NCBI GenBank assembly: GCA_951406725.2
Contig: OX597819.1
Span: 3,720,001 to 3,784,000, forward strand
Direction: 5' to 3'
Source of the DNA: Octopus vulgaris
Taxonomy: Eukaryota
DNA: 64,000 nucleotides
Shown: positions 11,500 through 25,857 of the stretch, one piece after another
Layout of the letters: each line of letters starts with the position of its first letter
Numbering within the stretch: position 1 is the first letter of the stretch
The notes under the pieces: model-generated
Seen by the model: only the letters and a program-made list of their open reading frames with translations
Told to the model about the DNA's origin: nothing
The model's database searches: none
Made by a program: the position numbers and the translations under genes

Positions 11500-13900
11500 T
11501 CAAGAAATTCTTCAATCTTAGCTTTGAGGCCTACGCTCAGCTAATGATATGCTTTCATTGTCCATTTTGAAATTGTTCAGTTATTTCACAGTTTCCATTG
11601 CTTCTTTCTCTTCCTGCCAACCTTATATCAGTATTTATGTTTATTTTTGCATTTAAAGATAGAAAACCAGTTTTTGTTGCGTACTATTAGCATTTGATAT
11701 GCATTCTTCCAGAAGGACTAAACCAGTTTTCAATTTTCTTCTAGAAAATTTTTAAAATCTTACAATGAATATTTTACAGTAGTTTTATATTTGCATACTA
11801 CCACCATCCCTGTATTCTTTTTACTAAACATAATTGTTGATTCAGATTTTGGTGTATTTCTAAACGCAGTCATTTTTCTTGTGATTTTTTTTTCTCTAGA
11901 TATATGAATTTATTTTGGTGCTGCTGAAGTATCGACGCCTATTACATTATTTTTATTTAATTCTGTTTTTAATATTAATCTCCTAAAATATTTCTGCCTA
12001 ACTTTTTTCCAGTTGAGTTTTCTACTCTGTCTAGTTCATTAATTCCCAAGTATTCGTAAGTAATTTTTTTTGCAGAATTCTTTTAACTGTTTCTTTGTAT
12101 AATATCATATTAGTGTTAGTAATTTTTATCTCATCAAGATTGTCTCACTATATTTGCCTACTCTAAATACTGTATTATTGCGTCTAGTATACAAGCATAC
12201 ATATATAGATACGTAGATACATACATAGAAGCACTCCGTCGGTTACGACGACGAGGGTTCCGGTTGATCCGAATCAACGGAACAGCCTGCTCGTGAAATT
12301 AACGTGTAAGTGGCTGAGCACTCCACAGACACGTGCACCCTTAACGTAGTTCTCGGGGATATTCAGCGTGACACAGAGAGTGACAAAGACGGCCCTTTGA
12401 GATACAGGTACAACAGAAACAGGAAGTAAGAGTGAGAGAAATTTGTGGTGAAAGAGTACAGCAGGGATCACCACCATCCCCTGCCGGAGCCTCGTGGAGC
12501 TTTAGGTGTTTTCGCTCAATAAACACTCACAACGCCCGGTTTGGGAATCGAAACCGCGATCCTATGATCGCGAGTCTGCTGCCCTAACCACTGGGCCATT
12601 GCGCCTCCACAGATACAAACATACATGCATGCATGCATGCATACATACGTACATACATACATACATACATACATACATACATACATACATACAAACATTC
12701 ATGCACACATATATACATACATACATTCATGCATACATACATACATACATAACCAATTTTCTAATTAATCATTAACTTGAAATTGTTCATACTTAAATTA
12801 TGGTTGACGGTTCTGATACTAGATTTGTATCCGAGAACCACCTGGTTGAATAGGTGTTGATATGATGCAGAAAAGGAGTGGAAAGAGAGTGTCATAGGAT
12901 TGTTTGGTCTCAATGAGTTTACTTTACACAATACCCAGTTTCTTCTCTAATGCGTTTGTTTATTGTTCTCTAATGTTCCCAGGGCCAGGTGTGGAAAACA
13001 TTGTCAAAAGCCTCCTGTTGCTTAAACTTGTTATGCTTACACTTCTTTTCCTCGTTCCACATTCTTCAATTAAGCATTTATTGATTAGTAATTGATTTTA
13101 CAACCATATGTGCCTTTGCGACACTACATTGCTGTGAAGAAAATAAACTTCTTTTTATATGTTTACTTCTCTATAGTATTATTACAATTAAGTCTTTGCA
13201 AGCAGGAAAGTTAGAGGCTTGGAGATTTTAGAGTTTGCTTTCCTTTAGATGTTTTTCTATTCAGTTAGCTATATTGTCTCAAGCCCCTTTACTATCTTAT
13301 AAAAAGTCTCAACTAGTAACATATATGTCCCTATTAAATATTTTAATCGCAAGCTGGAGGTCTTATTATTTCTTGCTACCTTGCAGTTATTTCGTTATCT
13401 TTTGTCTCGACTACTTCCCGCGACTTTTGACCTCTTAAGATTGTTCATATGCTACATCCCTGAGGACATTTTATGTTGCGTATTCATCCTTTTAAATCTA
13501 GTTTTTTCCTTGTCCACTTGGCATTGATTTACAATTTATTTTCACTCTCATTCTTTTCACTTCACACCAGTCTGATTGCTATGTTCAAAAAATAATTCGT
13601 GATTCTCATACCAACGCGATCTTTCGGATTTAACGAAGACTTCTTATTTCAGTTATTCTATTATTTCAAGCACTTCTCCTTTTTGTTATATCGTATTTCT
13701 GTAACATTTCTTCACACGTTTTTTTTCAGTTATGTCATTTCGTTATTGTTTTCAATAACGAGAGATGTTGATGATTTTACATATCTTTTTTTTTAATGTT
13801 TTCCTGTATGTTTATTTGGGCATTTTTAGTGCATAAAACCTTGGTGTCAAACTGTCTTTTTTAACCTGCTGTACTTCTTTGAAAACTCTAATAATTTCTG
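11500..13900 (-). mobile_element. Decayed R4/Dong-like LINE relic interrupted by a SINE
   Basis: Minus-strand remnants read DTLFPLLFCII (about 12870-12895) and YEYLGI (about 12042-12059), plus a decayed GG.G motif near 11805. Many stops, boundaries approximate. Confidence 0.5.
12229..12609 (-). mobile_element. tRNA-headed SINE family B, copy 1
   Basis: Near-identical to 35323-35713 and 53207-53584. Head tggaggcgcaatggcccagtggttagggc...ggtttcgattccc has A/B-box-like motifs. A 3' hairpin reads gttccggttgat-ccga-atcaacggaac on the + strand. Confidence 0.9.
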
Positions 13901-14523
13901 AGTACTTACCAATTTTCTCCAATCGTGTTTGAATAAAATTAAACAGATACCAATGAATATTGATTCACGAAAGATAAGTCCATATTTTGACATTGTGTAC
14001 GCATTAATACATTTGCCTAATGATCTCTCCCTTTAATATGTTTTTAAATTCTAAAATTCCACACTAATTGCTCCCTTGTTTCCAGTATAGCCTATTTCGA
14101 ACCTTCAGCCGGCCGACTTCCATCGGTGCTGGAAATATAAACACAAGTAAGAAAAATATCGCTGATAATGTAAGCGAATCTAACGTTTTGGAAAATAACG
14201 ACAATGTACTTACTAACAAATCTTGCCTTTATAGCCAACTGGCGAATGTGACGGACATGTTTCGATCTTATCTGATTTTATCACTTAAGCATATTCAGCG
14301 CAGTTGGCAAAACTTAGAGGTACTTGGTATAAATAGAGGTGAAGACGGAATGTAGTGACGTTAAATATGACAAGAACCAGGTCAGTGAAGCTTATTGCGT
14401 GGTGAGAGCTAAAACGATAAATTTTTTGTAAATTACTCACACAAATACATCCCCCAAATAAATCTAAAAAGAAACCTATATGGTATTAGAGAAGTAAAAT
14501 TAGCAATGAGTAAAATTAACAAT

Positions 14524-14786
14524 GTGTATGCGTATGGCTTAGTGATTAGGGTGCCAGCATCATGATCGTAAGATTGTGGTTTCGATTCCTGGACCAGGCG
14601 ACGGGTTGTGTTTTTGAACAAAACACTTCATTTCACGTTGCTCCAGTCCACTCAGCTGGCAAAAATGAGTAACGCTGCGATGGACTGGCGTCCCGTCAAG
14701 CTGGGGAACACATACGTCATTGAAACCGGGAAACTGGGACCATGAGCCTGGCTAGGTTTTAAAAGGGCGCATTTGTTTTATTTATT
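14524..14786 (+). mobile_element. tRNA-headed SINE with V-domain-like centre
   Basis: Head tggcttagtgattagggtg...ggtttcgattcctgg, central gcgatggactggcgtcccgtc, and a 13-bp TSD taaaattaacaat at 14511-14523 and 14787-14799. Confidence 0.8.
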
Positions 14787-14899
14787 TAAAATTAACAATA
14801 ACAAAAGCAATTGCATTTGATACAGCAATAGAAACGACGAGGAAAACAACAACAGTAAATACTAAAAATACTGTTATACTTCTGAACTCCACTGCTTCA

Positions 14900-16208
14900 T
14901 CTGTATATATATATAAGGCAAGATGTGTGTGTGTGTACGTGATTGCAGTTTATGCACATCCACAAATTAGCACGCATGTCGCTTAGATTTTAGGAGGATA
15001 TTCGTCAACATCCTTCTGGGATTTGTCAACTTATTTTTTTTTCCCGAGGCACCCGCGGATAGCGTAAAAGTCTATTTTCAGCCATAGCTTTTAGCGGTAA
15101 AAATCTATTTTCAGCCATAAGGGAAGGAAAGAATATAATTAGAAAAAAAAGTATGTGAATTTTTTTTTGTGGAGAAATATGTTTTGAGAAAAATGCAGAA
15201 GCAAAAAATTGAAAGCTGATTCCATTTGTCATTCATTTTCCACTTAGAATGGGAAGAATGGTATTTTAATTGTAATTATAGACAGCGGAATCTGGTTTTG
15301 GGGATGTTGTTGTCAATGTGCATCCAAGGAGAAGTGTTCCCAAATAGATAGATTGGTGGATAGGTAGGTAGGTAGGCAAGTAGGTAGATGGGTAGGTAGA
15401 TGGGTAGGTAGGTAGGTAGGTAGGTAGATGGGTAGGTAGATGGGTAGGTAGGTAGATAGGTAGGCAGGTAGGTAGGTAGGTAGGTAGGTAGGTAGGTAGA
15501 GAGATAAGTAGGTAGATGGGTAGGTAGATGGGTAGGTAGGTAGGCAAGTAGGTAGATAGGTCGGTAGATAGGTAGGTAGAGAGATAAGTAGGTAGATGGG
15601 TAGGTAGATGGGTAGGTAGGTAGGCAAGTAGGTAGATAGGTAGGTAGATAGGTAGGTAGAGAGATAAGTAGGTAGATGGGTAGGTAGATGGGTAGGTAGG
15701 TAGATAGGTAGGCAAGTAGGTAGGTAGGTCGGTAGATAGGTAGGTAGATAGATAAGTAGGTAGATGGGTAGGTAGGTAGGTAGCAAGTAGGTAGATAGGT
15801 CGGTAGATAGGTAGGTAGATAGATAAGTAGGTAGATGGGTAGGTAGATGGGTAGGTAGGTAGGCAAGTAGGTAGATAGGTAGGTAGATAGGTAGGTAGAT
15901 AGATAAGTAGGTAGATGGGTAGGTAGATGGGTAGGTAGGTAGATAGGTAGGTAGGCAGGTAGGTAGGTAGGTACGTAGGTAGGTAGGTTGGTAGATAGAT
16001 AAGTAGGTAGATGGGTAGGTAGATGGGTAGGTAGGTAGGCAAGTAGGTAGATAGGTCGGTAGATAGGTAGGTAGAGAGATAAGTAGGTAGATGGGTAGGT
16101 AGATGGGTAGGTAGGTAGGCGTCTAACAAAAAAAAAAACAAGATAAAGAAAAGTGGAAGCGAAGCAGAGTTTCACAGCGTCTAAACAAAAAAAAGGGAAA
16201 GATGAGGT

Positions 16209-16240
<32 letters not shown>

Positions 16241-17022
16241 AGGAGAAAGTAAGTGACGACGTTCATAAAAAATAAAATGTAAAATGTTTTTTTTTCTTAG
16301 ACACGAGATATAGTGTTCAAATTCAGGATGTTTTTGAAAGACACTATATTTTATAATCATAGTATATATACTTTCTCACACAACAATTAAAATATATTTA
16401 TTTTAAATCATTTATTTATTTTAAAACGTTCATCTTTCTCCCCCCTCTCTCTCTCACACATTACTTTGGGTGCGAAAGAGTTTTGTTTCTATTTTACACC
16501 GAATGAAAAATTGTTTTGTTGATAATACATTTATTTAAGAACAAAAAACAACAACAAAGAGGTGAGTAATAATTTGTCAGTGAATTACACAATATAAATG
16601 GGTACAATTTACGAGGCTTCCACCACACCCTACTCCGTTTCACGGACCACAAAAAGGGTTTTGAGGCCAGAGTAGTTGATTCCACGCAGAAAACGATTTT
16701 TTTTCATAGTGAAAATCGTGCGAGTGTTAATCTACAAATTTAACAACATTTTTTCCCATTCATTTCTGTTTATGAACATGTATGCGTGCACAAAACATGC
16801 AATAGGTGTACATACGTACGTGTGTGTATGTGTGTTCGTGTCTGTTGCACATATATATTTATATTATATTATATATATATAATATATATATATAATATAA
16901 CTAATTTCAACGGATTTCGCCCAAATTTAACGTCGATATTACTTAGTTTGGTTTGAAATAAGGAACTTGATTAGCTTAATAATCGTAACTTAATCCCGGG
17001 CAAGGCCGGGTTATACTGCTAG
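14900..17022 (+). mobile_element. Non-autonomous Helitron-like element
   Basis: Starts A|TC followed by (TA)n and (TG)n. Ends with GC hairpin cccgg-gcaagg-ccggg (16995-17010) and CTAG (17019-17022). The base after CTAG is C rather than the usual T. Carries an internal minisatellite. Confidence 0.7.
15345..16120. repeat. (TAGG/TAGA)-derived minisatellite with about 80-bp higher-order period
   Basis: 15501-15580 is repeated at 15581-15660 with one difference. Source of the spurious PTYL ORFs. Confidence 0.9.
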
Positions 17023-17099
17023 CACACAATATATTATAGAAATATTTTAGTATTCATCCCAAAAATATATCTTGTCAACAACGAGAGCTAAACATACTA

Positions 17100-19100
17100 C
17101 AGATACAACAACAGCGGAGTAAAACAATTTTAGGAAAAGAGGAAGAATGTTATAATCAAACATATTCATGTAATTATTCAGAAAATGATTTTACAATAAT
17201 ACAAAACAACCCAGTCTCCAAATTTTAATGAAACTGGACAAACATACCAACATTCATCTAGCACATAAATATTGTAAACAACGATTAATCAGAAAAGGCA
17301 CAACACACTAGAAAAACAATCATTTATGTTAAAAAATGGCCCCCTCCACCAAAAAAACTAACGTGAATTTACAACACCAATGACCACATACCACTCACCC
17401 AAACAACATTTCTGGGGAAGACTTCAATACACAGCGTTTGCCCTGCTGCGTATATAACGCGGAAAATATTAGAGAGGGAAACAATATCATCCCAAGTAAA
17501 TCCCATTTACACTCTAAACATGTCACATACATCTCAAAAATAACTGCGTTTCTATATCCAAATGTGTGCGCAACACACATATATCTATGAAATCACATGG
17601 CAAACAACCACTCAAGCACACCGACTCTGCAGACATCATCATTGCAGATTAATGAAAAAAAAAACGAAGTCATTTTTATAAACTTCAAAAGCGTTGTAAG
17701 ACCAGTTCCATCAGAAAACAAATTTGGATTATTTAACGGCACCAAGAATCACGACGGTGAATATATTAATCAATGACAACAATCAGAAAACTACTCCATA
17801 TCACATTAACAACTCCCCCACCATACGGTCAACCAACTACCACAAATAAACAACCCCGTAAACAGCACTGATGTGGAAGATACGAACGCAGTTAATTTAC
17901 CCGGTGCAGAAGTTACACAAAAATATTTGAGAGTAAATAATTTCATCCCAACTGAAGCATGTTTGCAACCTGAACATAGCGTTTCAACACAAAGCAAGTG
18001 CTCCTATCAAGAACTTCTCGAAAATCAGCAACTGCAACCACCAAAAAGTAAACACGTTCCAATAAGCTCATGATTTCAAATCCCTTCTCGCATCTTGCAT
18101 TGAAAAAGGAATACGGATCGAATTTTTCAATCTCTGGAGGATTTGAGTGTTTAAACCCCTATTCATTTTCCAGACCAAATAACATATATACACCTAAAAT
18201 AACTTGGCTTGAAAGCAATCATAGCATTCCTCCTCCTCCTCACTTTCACCACTTCCAACATTCTACCCAAGAATCTAACACGGAGGGAAAATAACAGATT
18301 CAACCAGAAAATATTGCACATAAGTAGAATCAGCACTAACATCGGTAAACTTTTCAAGTTTATTTCTAGCTATTCACTTAAACAGAAATTACTTTAACAA
18401 AACAAAGCAGGGTGCTGGATAGCCAACAATCCGTCAGATCGCCAAACCTATGCAGTCTACAAACATTTCACTTCCAAAATTTGCATTTTCAAAAGGATCT
18501 ATAATCACGTCAATTCTTTCCCTTCTACACCAGTATGTCTTCCCGCACCTGATCAAAATGCTTGTACTATTTGATAAGCAAATTAAATCATAATCGTTTC
18601 CCTCCACCATTCCCAAGATACATTTTCGCAAAAAGAACCAGCTAAAAATGATTAAATATTAAATAAAACACACTAAATGTGGTACCTACCAAGTCTTCTA
18701 TATCTCCTCTTATCAGCAACATCGGGGGTAAAAATCAAATATAACCAAACGTCACAGTCAACAATATAAACACTAGAAACACAAAAGCAAAATTACTAGG
18801 AACAATACCGACCCTCCAATAACTTTCACAGTGCTCACGAGAAACTAATCAAGTTAAATGACTTAGAAAGCACATTACTCACAGGCACACTGGTGAAGCA
18901 GAATTCTAATGGAAGTAATGTTATCGCGCAAACAATTGGACAGGAATTTAGTAAGGAAACCTGAAAAGGGTAATTAGAAGACACACCACATCCGAAGAAA
19001 AAGGTTCATTAGTATTTAAAAAAATATTTCGATGCAAAATACTGATTTTGCTTTCTGAATGAAGGTAAATACTCCCACATACGAGTAGGGGAAAGCCGTT
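17100..19100 (+). mobile_element. Highly decayed PLE relic (Naiad-like)
   Basis: A/C-rich strand with remnants RLI, FGLFNGTKNHDGE (cf. FDVTMGSYDGAE) and TNIGKLF, and an HHR-like remnant at 19055-19102. Boundaries approximate. Confidence 0.4.
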
Positions 19101-20461
19101 CGATGGCCACTTAATATTTGATTCGAAGTCGATGATGTGTGCAGTTCTACAGCAACAGTTTTTTTTTTTACCAATTTTAGAAGGAAGCGGTCGACAAAAA
19201 CACTGAATTTGAATGCCTACTTCGCCAAATTGGTGAGAAGTTGAGTGACACTAAAAGTTGATAAAGGAAACTATGAAATGAGAGTATTGTGTGATTGTGC
19301 AAATAGAAAATATCGGCTGCGGTTAATATATCCCACAAACTTTATATTTGCATTTCAGATACATTCGTTACTATCAGTCTATCATAACTGAGAACGAGAT
19401 AATAGTCTTTCTAGTTGTTCGAGCCAAGAATTTGTGGTGCTACAAAGGGAGTACCAAAACAAAAGGGATATAATAGGCTAATAACTCGGTTAGTTGCAAA
19501 GTTAGCGATTTCTTTTTAGTATACTAACTGAATATGTTTGTTTAATGTTTGAAGTGTTATCCGCACTGCAAAGCTCTATACAATTCCCGTAAGCTTTCCT
19601 CTTATGCATTATTTTGTACAGGAGGTAGACTGACGATCTGGCTTCGCTGGAGCTCATCGACTATCACTATATGATGACTCTCCTAGGTGAAGTTGGTTTC
19701 AGATGCTGGATTGCATCTTTGTAATCTGATGGTTAGATTAAAGAATTACTTAGAAAAATTTCAAGTTATATTCTCAGTTCATCGATGGTTCGTTCACCCC
19801 ATCGCTACTGTATGCTTAATATCTTTAGCCGCTGCATAAAAGGAGGTTTAATATATTAAAGGAATTTTGATTGAACAGTGACTCAACATAATTATGATTA
19901 TATACCCGAACATTTTGAAGATAATTTGTAAACAGTAAAGTATAGTTCAAAGTGTGTAAGACAAAAAAAAAAAGTAAAGCCGAGAAAATATATTATGAGG
20001 AGTTAATATACAGACGTGCATTTGTTTGGTGAACCTGATAGCTTGCTAACCACAAAAACCATGTTTCTAAAAGCACTGTACAGAAAAAAGTACTGTATAT
20101 TGCATGAGTGAAAACGTATCTTTTACGGGGAAAAATTACATTTGTAAAAGAAAGGAATAAAGCAAACTATAATTATTGGAAAAATAGAGCAACAAATTAC
20201 CATTCATGGGCAGTAATGCATCACCAACAGACTTACTTCATTAAAAACTATTATCACTGCAGGATTTCGACTGACTTGATAGGAGTTTTGTGCACATCAA
20301 TTTCCTTTGAGTAGTGTATCCAAATTAACACATTACCATTAATACCCTGCTGTCATTACTTACCATGAGGCAGATGATAATTTCAATTTGGCAGAATGCG
20401 CTGCGTAGATAGATAATTAGCGTCATCCAATACATACATACACACACACGTACACATATAT

Positions 20462-20520
<59 letters not shown>

Positions 20521-21487
20521 CAGATAATATATATTATATATATAATACACACACACACACACACATATATCTCGCGACAGACAGAGACAGGCAGATTGAC
20601 AGAGAGACAGAGAGAGACTGTCAGAAGGCATCGACTCTTAAAACAACAAATACAGTCAGGTGTTGCACTAATCTCAAATACTCCTATGTATTTTTGTGTA
20701 TGTTCATATTCTGTGAGTTTGTGAGCGTGCGTGTGCGCGTGCGCACGCATGTAGCTCATGTTACAGATATTACCTATTGAGCAATTTTCCTCATATGCTT
20801 ATAATAATTTACTGTAACATAAACATATTTTCGTATTTAAAATGCTACTATTTAACGAAACATCTCTGAAGTGACCCATCAAAATGTAATACTATACCTC
20901 TTAGTTTTAAGTCTCTCTGCTGGATTTCCATAGTTATAATTAAGCTGGATATTCCCACGTTAGCAAGAAGGCGTAATTGCATGCACAGTTATTTTAAAAT
21001 AAGGAAAAATAATATTTATTTTGCTAGCTTGGGGAGAAGTATACTTATCTGGTTTTTCTGAGTTTGTTTAATTTCTCGGTAAAATATTTGAATTTTCTCT
21101 CCGGAGAACTATCTCCAAATAAGATAAACTATTTTTACACCGTCATTTTGATTCTGAATGCCTAAGAATATATTCGAGTACTTATTTAGAATATTTAACA
21201 CACCACTTTGAATTTTCATACGTTCATACATATTAACATAAATATACTCTTTAGAAGTATACTAATTTATCAACGAAATAGCAGTTGACTATATTTTAAT
21301 TATGAAAGCTTTAAAGCCGATCAGCTGACTTCTAGAAGTAATTTAACTTGACTTTCAAGATAAGATATTTTATGGTATACGTAAAAATTATATTGTTAAT
21401 AGAATCACTAAGCCATGTTTACTTTGCCTTTAAATAGTGTCTGAGACAAAATTTGATGAAAAAAAATAATTGTAGAAAGCGAATCAT

Positions 21488-21888
21488 ATTCTTTTCTACT
21501 CTAGGCACAAGACCCAACATTTTTGGGGGAGGGAATCAGTCGATTAGATCAACCCCAGTACACAACTGATACTTAATTTTTCGACCGAAAGGATGAAAGG
21601 CAAAGTCGACCTCGGCGGAATTTGAATTCAGAACATAAAGACAGACGAAATACCTATTTCTTTACTACCCACAAGAGACTAAACACAGAGAGGACAAACA
21701 AGGACAGACAAACGGATTAAGTCGATTACATCCACCCCAGTGCGTAACTGGTACTTAATTTATCGATCCTGAAAGGATGAAAGGCAAAGTCAACCTCGGC
21801 GAAATTTGAACTCAGAACGTAACGGCAGACGAGATACGGCCACGCATTTCGCCCGGCGTGCTAACGTTTCTGCCAGCTCGCTGCCTTA
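21488..21888 (-). mobile_element. tRNA-headed SINE family A, full length
   Basis: Minus-strand head aaggcagcgagctggcagaaacgttagcacgccgggcg...gagttcaaatt and an internally duplicated gtcgacctcggcggaatttgaa block. Homologous to 60971-61373. Confidence 0.9.
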
Positions 21889-22749
21889 GAAAGCAGAACA
21901 AATCATGTCAGAAACATGGTCGATGAACATTTCGAAATATTTAAGCTCCATTATAAATCTGATGATGTACTAATTAGAGAAGTGTTTCTTAACAAATATC
22001 AGCCTTGTGAATCTATGGGTATTGCATCTTTTGAAAATCAGCTTCTGATTACATATGTATATCCTTTGAATATGACTGGTGTAATGCGTGTGGGGACTTC
22101 TCGTTCACCCACTTTAATGAAGAATATGTTTTAATGAAATATGATATATTTTCGTGAAATATAATGTTTGTGTCGTTAAGTAACTAATTTCTAATTTCGC
22201 AACCACGTTTCTCTAGGTTTAATTCCGCTGTGCGTTACGTGTTTTAAACCACAACCCCGGTTGAACATTACATTGTGAGTGAACTTTCGTAAATAGAATT
22301 TTGGTGAGAATGGAGTTACTTCTTAGTTACCACTACTATTAGGTTCACTCTGATCCTGGTGACTAAATCTGTCAAGGGCTCTACATATCGGTCAAACAGC
22401 AGATGGTCTTCTGATTAATGCATGCAGGACTTAGAGACGGGCTGACCTCTAGCCATGTGTCACACAGGGCCTCTGGCGAGTGAACATGTCTTGATGTTAC
22501 ACATGTCCGTTCCTCTGCCAAATGTTTAAATAGATAATTTGGAATAGTTCTTAGCAGAGTAACCTGTATATAAACCAGCGGAAGGCAACAGGAATCCACT
22601 GCTGTATCTTTTCTATGAAAATCGTGAATCTTTAAACTTTATATAACACATACAACACAAACAGAACCTCTGGCAGAGAAGCGCTGTCCGGCGGGGGGAA
22701 TTTTATGATCCACAGTTGTCTCTTGAATTTCGACACTATACGAAAAGGA

Positions 22750-24700
22750 TGAGCCATAACCAGTGACCAAAGGCCGTTAGGTCATTTCTCCTTCAACTTT
22801 CTAACACCCTCCTTAAGATCTTTGTTGTTTTATGCAACAGTCCTGTGCTGATGGCAATTCCTACTTTGTGAAGCCATGCATCCAACATTTTATCAACTGC
22901 TCCCAGTGCGCCAACCATAATCGCTACCACTTTTAAGTGTCTGATTTTCCATAGTTTCCTAATTTTCATCTTCAGCTCCTAATATTTATCCACTTTCGCA
23001 TTTTCCTTCTCACGATGAAGTAACATCCACAATAATTGCTTTGATCTTCTTTTCTACGACTACAATATCAGATTTTCTAGCCACGATAAAATGGTCGCAC
23101 TGGGTGATCAAGTACCACAAAATCTTATATTGTTCGTTTTCAGCAACCCTTCCCGGTTGGTGCTCATACGATTTCTCACTCTGCTAATGTCATACTTATC
23201 AATTGTATCTTCCATCTTAGAAATTCTACCTCCCTTCAGTAATAGCACCCCACACATTTTTATGCTAAATTCCATTCATATGTCTGCGCTGAATGTATGA
23301 ACTGTCTTCACAAAGGAATCAGTCTGTTCATAGGATTTCCCAAAAAAGTTTTTGGTCATCCATGAACAGCAGGTAGTTTATCTTAAACTCACGTCCACCT
23401 TACTCCTACCAAGTCTCTGACTTTCTCAACACTAATGAATGTGGAACCATGCTCAATACAAATAGCAAAGGTGAAAGACAGTCCCCTTGGAATATTCCTC
23501 TCTTGATGTTCACAATTACCAATGTCTGCGTACATGATGTCAACTCAGTATTTCAGCCTTCCATACCGAAAACTGTCAAACATTAGCTGCAATACAAAAT
23601 ATTTCCAAAATGTCACCATCCAACTATGTCATAAACCTCTCGGTAATCGATCCAAGCTATGGCAAGGTTTGTGTTCCTCCTTTTACAATCTTTAAGTATC
23701 ACCTTATTAATCAACAGGTGATCTTTGTTCTCTTTGCTTCTTCACCTCTTCAGGTAATGTCTCATCCAGATATTCATACACTGCCTCAGCAATAACACCT
23801 GTCATAAATTTCCACATAAGGGAGCTTTCCAATTTGGCACCTTTCTACATTGGATAGTTACCACATCAGTTGTTATCTCCATTTTTCCCAGCTGATTGTC
23901 TCCAAAACCTTTTTTCACGTTAGTCAGCCACTCCACTCTTCTACTGCGCTCTCTTCCTGCAATCCTGATATCACACCAACACTTCTTACTTCCATCTGCA
24001 TCAAGGGTTACCTAATCAGTTTTAACCATGCCATTCATTTCCTGATAGAATGTCATCTGACTTTGTTGGTCCGTTGTTCATGCCTCTTAATCTTTGCAGC
24101 TTTGGCAATTAACCTTTGTTTTAACTATTTAGTTACCGTAATTATCTTCTTTCTCCTGATATTGTACTTCCTTGTATGTCCAATCTCACATTTCTCTCTT
24201 AATTCACCTCGGTTTTCCTTTACCAGAATATTTATATCTCCCCTACGCATTTTCATGTCCCTTTCAATTTACCTTTATCCCCATGGTTCTTTGATCTGCT
24301 TTTGCGTAGTCTATTTCAGACCTGACTCTTTAGCAATGTAGATACTTGCAACGATGATGAGATGTTGGTTTCTGTGATGCTACAAGTTGGCAATTTGTCA
24401 AGGCTGTTGTTTACTTTTCTAGTTCTTTCTTTCAGCAGACGTTGGTTTGCTTTTTCCATTTTATTTTATTACTGCCTTCTGATTTAGAGGTCTCCAATAC
24501 ATCAGTAATCATCCGTCTGTCTTTTTCCGATATATCCAACAATTTGTTGATGTTAATGTCACTTCCCACATCATTCTAAGTATTCAGTTCCTATTGAATT
24601 CCATAATTTTCCATACTCTCGTCTCTGTTTGAATCTCCCAAATCCTGAGCCCTCCTGGCTTACCTTTCTCTTTATCATTTCAATCTCCATCTTGCCCATT
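22750..24700 (-). mobile_element. R4/Dong-like REL-endonuclease LINE relic
   Basis: Minus strand reads RGIFQGDCLSPLLF (about 23460-23502) and an REL region RKSDIVVV...IIVDV...KVDKY.ELK..IRKLWK...MVGALG (about 22900-23080). Confidence 0.8.
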
Positions 24701-24701
24701 C

Positions 24702-24796
<95 letters not shown>

Positions 24797-24810
24797 TACT
24801 ACTACTACTT

Positions 24811-25310
24811 AGTGAGAGAGCAATGCATGCCATCAAAGTTACACTGAGGTACAAATATATGAAGCCCAGTATACCTATCATGACTATCCGTCTGATAAGG
24901 GTAAACTAGGCGCATGCATCACAACCACGTTTACGCGACTTAGTGACCTTATATCAAGATAAGCAGCACATGACCTTGCAAGTGGGGCCCAGTTAGAGTT
25001 TTCTTCAGATCGAGTAGCCCATCCCATTCAAAATCTTTCTCAATGAGTGTTGTTTAAGGATGATGAACGAAACATCCATATTTACAGAGGTGAATTATTC
25101 AAACTTCAATGATGCTCCCCCACTATTCCTGCTCGTGATCAGAGATGCATTTATCGTCAGCCACCAAGGGACATCTTCAAGTTGTTAACGTCAAGGAAAT
25201 CTGTGGTATTGAGCAACATATTTCTTGTTGCTCATCTTTTTTATACCCAAGGAAAACATGTGTATGATAACACTTCCAATCAGTTTAGATCATAAGCCAT
25301 GAGAGTCACA
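24811..25310 (-). mobile_element. Non-autonomous (TAA)n-associated element, copy 2 (diverged)
   Basis: Reverse-complement homologue of 42324-42880. Abuts the long (TTA)n at 24703-24795. Confidence 0.85.
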
Positions 25311-25783
25311 TTATTATCATTCGACAGTTCATTGTTTCAGGCAAATTTCTACTGATTCACCTGCTAGCCCTTCGTGTTGCTGTGGTGTGTACAGCATGGT
25401 GTGTTCTAGTTCTTTTTCTTTTTTGATATTCTGGGAGTACACACACTTCCCGGTACTGTATTGTATCAGTTTGTTTTAATATTGGGTTTGGCTTGAGTCT
25501 TTTGTTGTATTAGAGTTTCCACTCGCATTGTGTATTATGCGTGTAATGCTAGTTGTGTTCTGTTGAGTATTCGACATATAGAGTAAATGTTGTGGGGTTG
25601 TTTATTTCACTATATCCAGTGTAGAGTATGTCTTGTGTTTGTGGGTTGTTTTGCTTCAGTTGTATATTTGAATTGATAATGTCTTGCGTTTCCTAGGAGG
25701 AATATTTTGGGATAGCGTGTAGTGTTGAAGCTCCAGGTATGGCTTCTACATTTCTTGTTCATATGCTTCTTTTATCCTACCTA

Positions 25784-25855
<72 letters not shown>

Positions 25856-25857
25856 GT

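Noticed and set aside
12520-12609. tRNA-like sequence
   Set aside because: It is a SINE head repeated three times with a body and TSDs, not a tRNA gene.
15266-16175. PTYL-repeat ORFs of about 290 aa
   Set aside because: All three minus frames are open because of the tetranucleotide minisatellite.
19055-19102. ctgaatga...tactc/gagta...gaaa HHR-like remnant
   Set aside because: Extra core base and no stem I or III. At most a decayed relic.
25318-25760. Possible PLE 3' relic with GAAACA..TGTC on the minus strand
   Set aside because: The 5' core is missing and the protein remnants are too weak to support a call.
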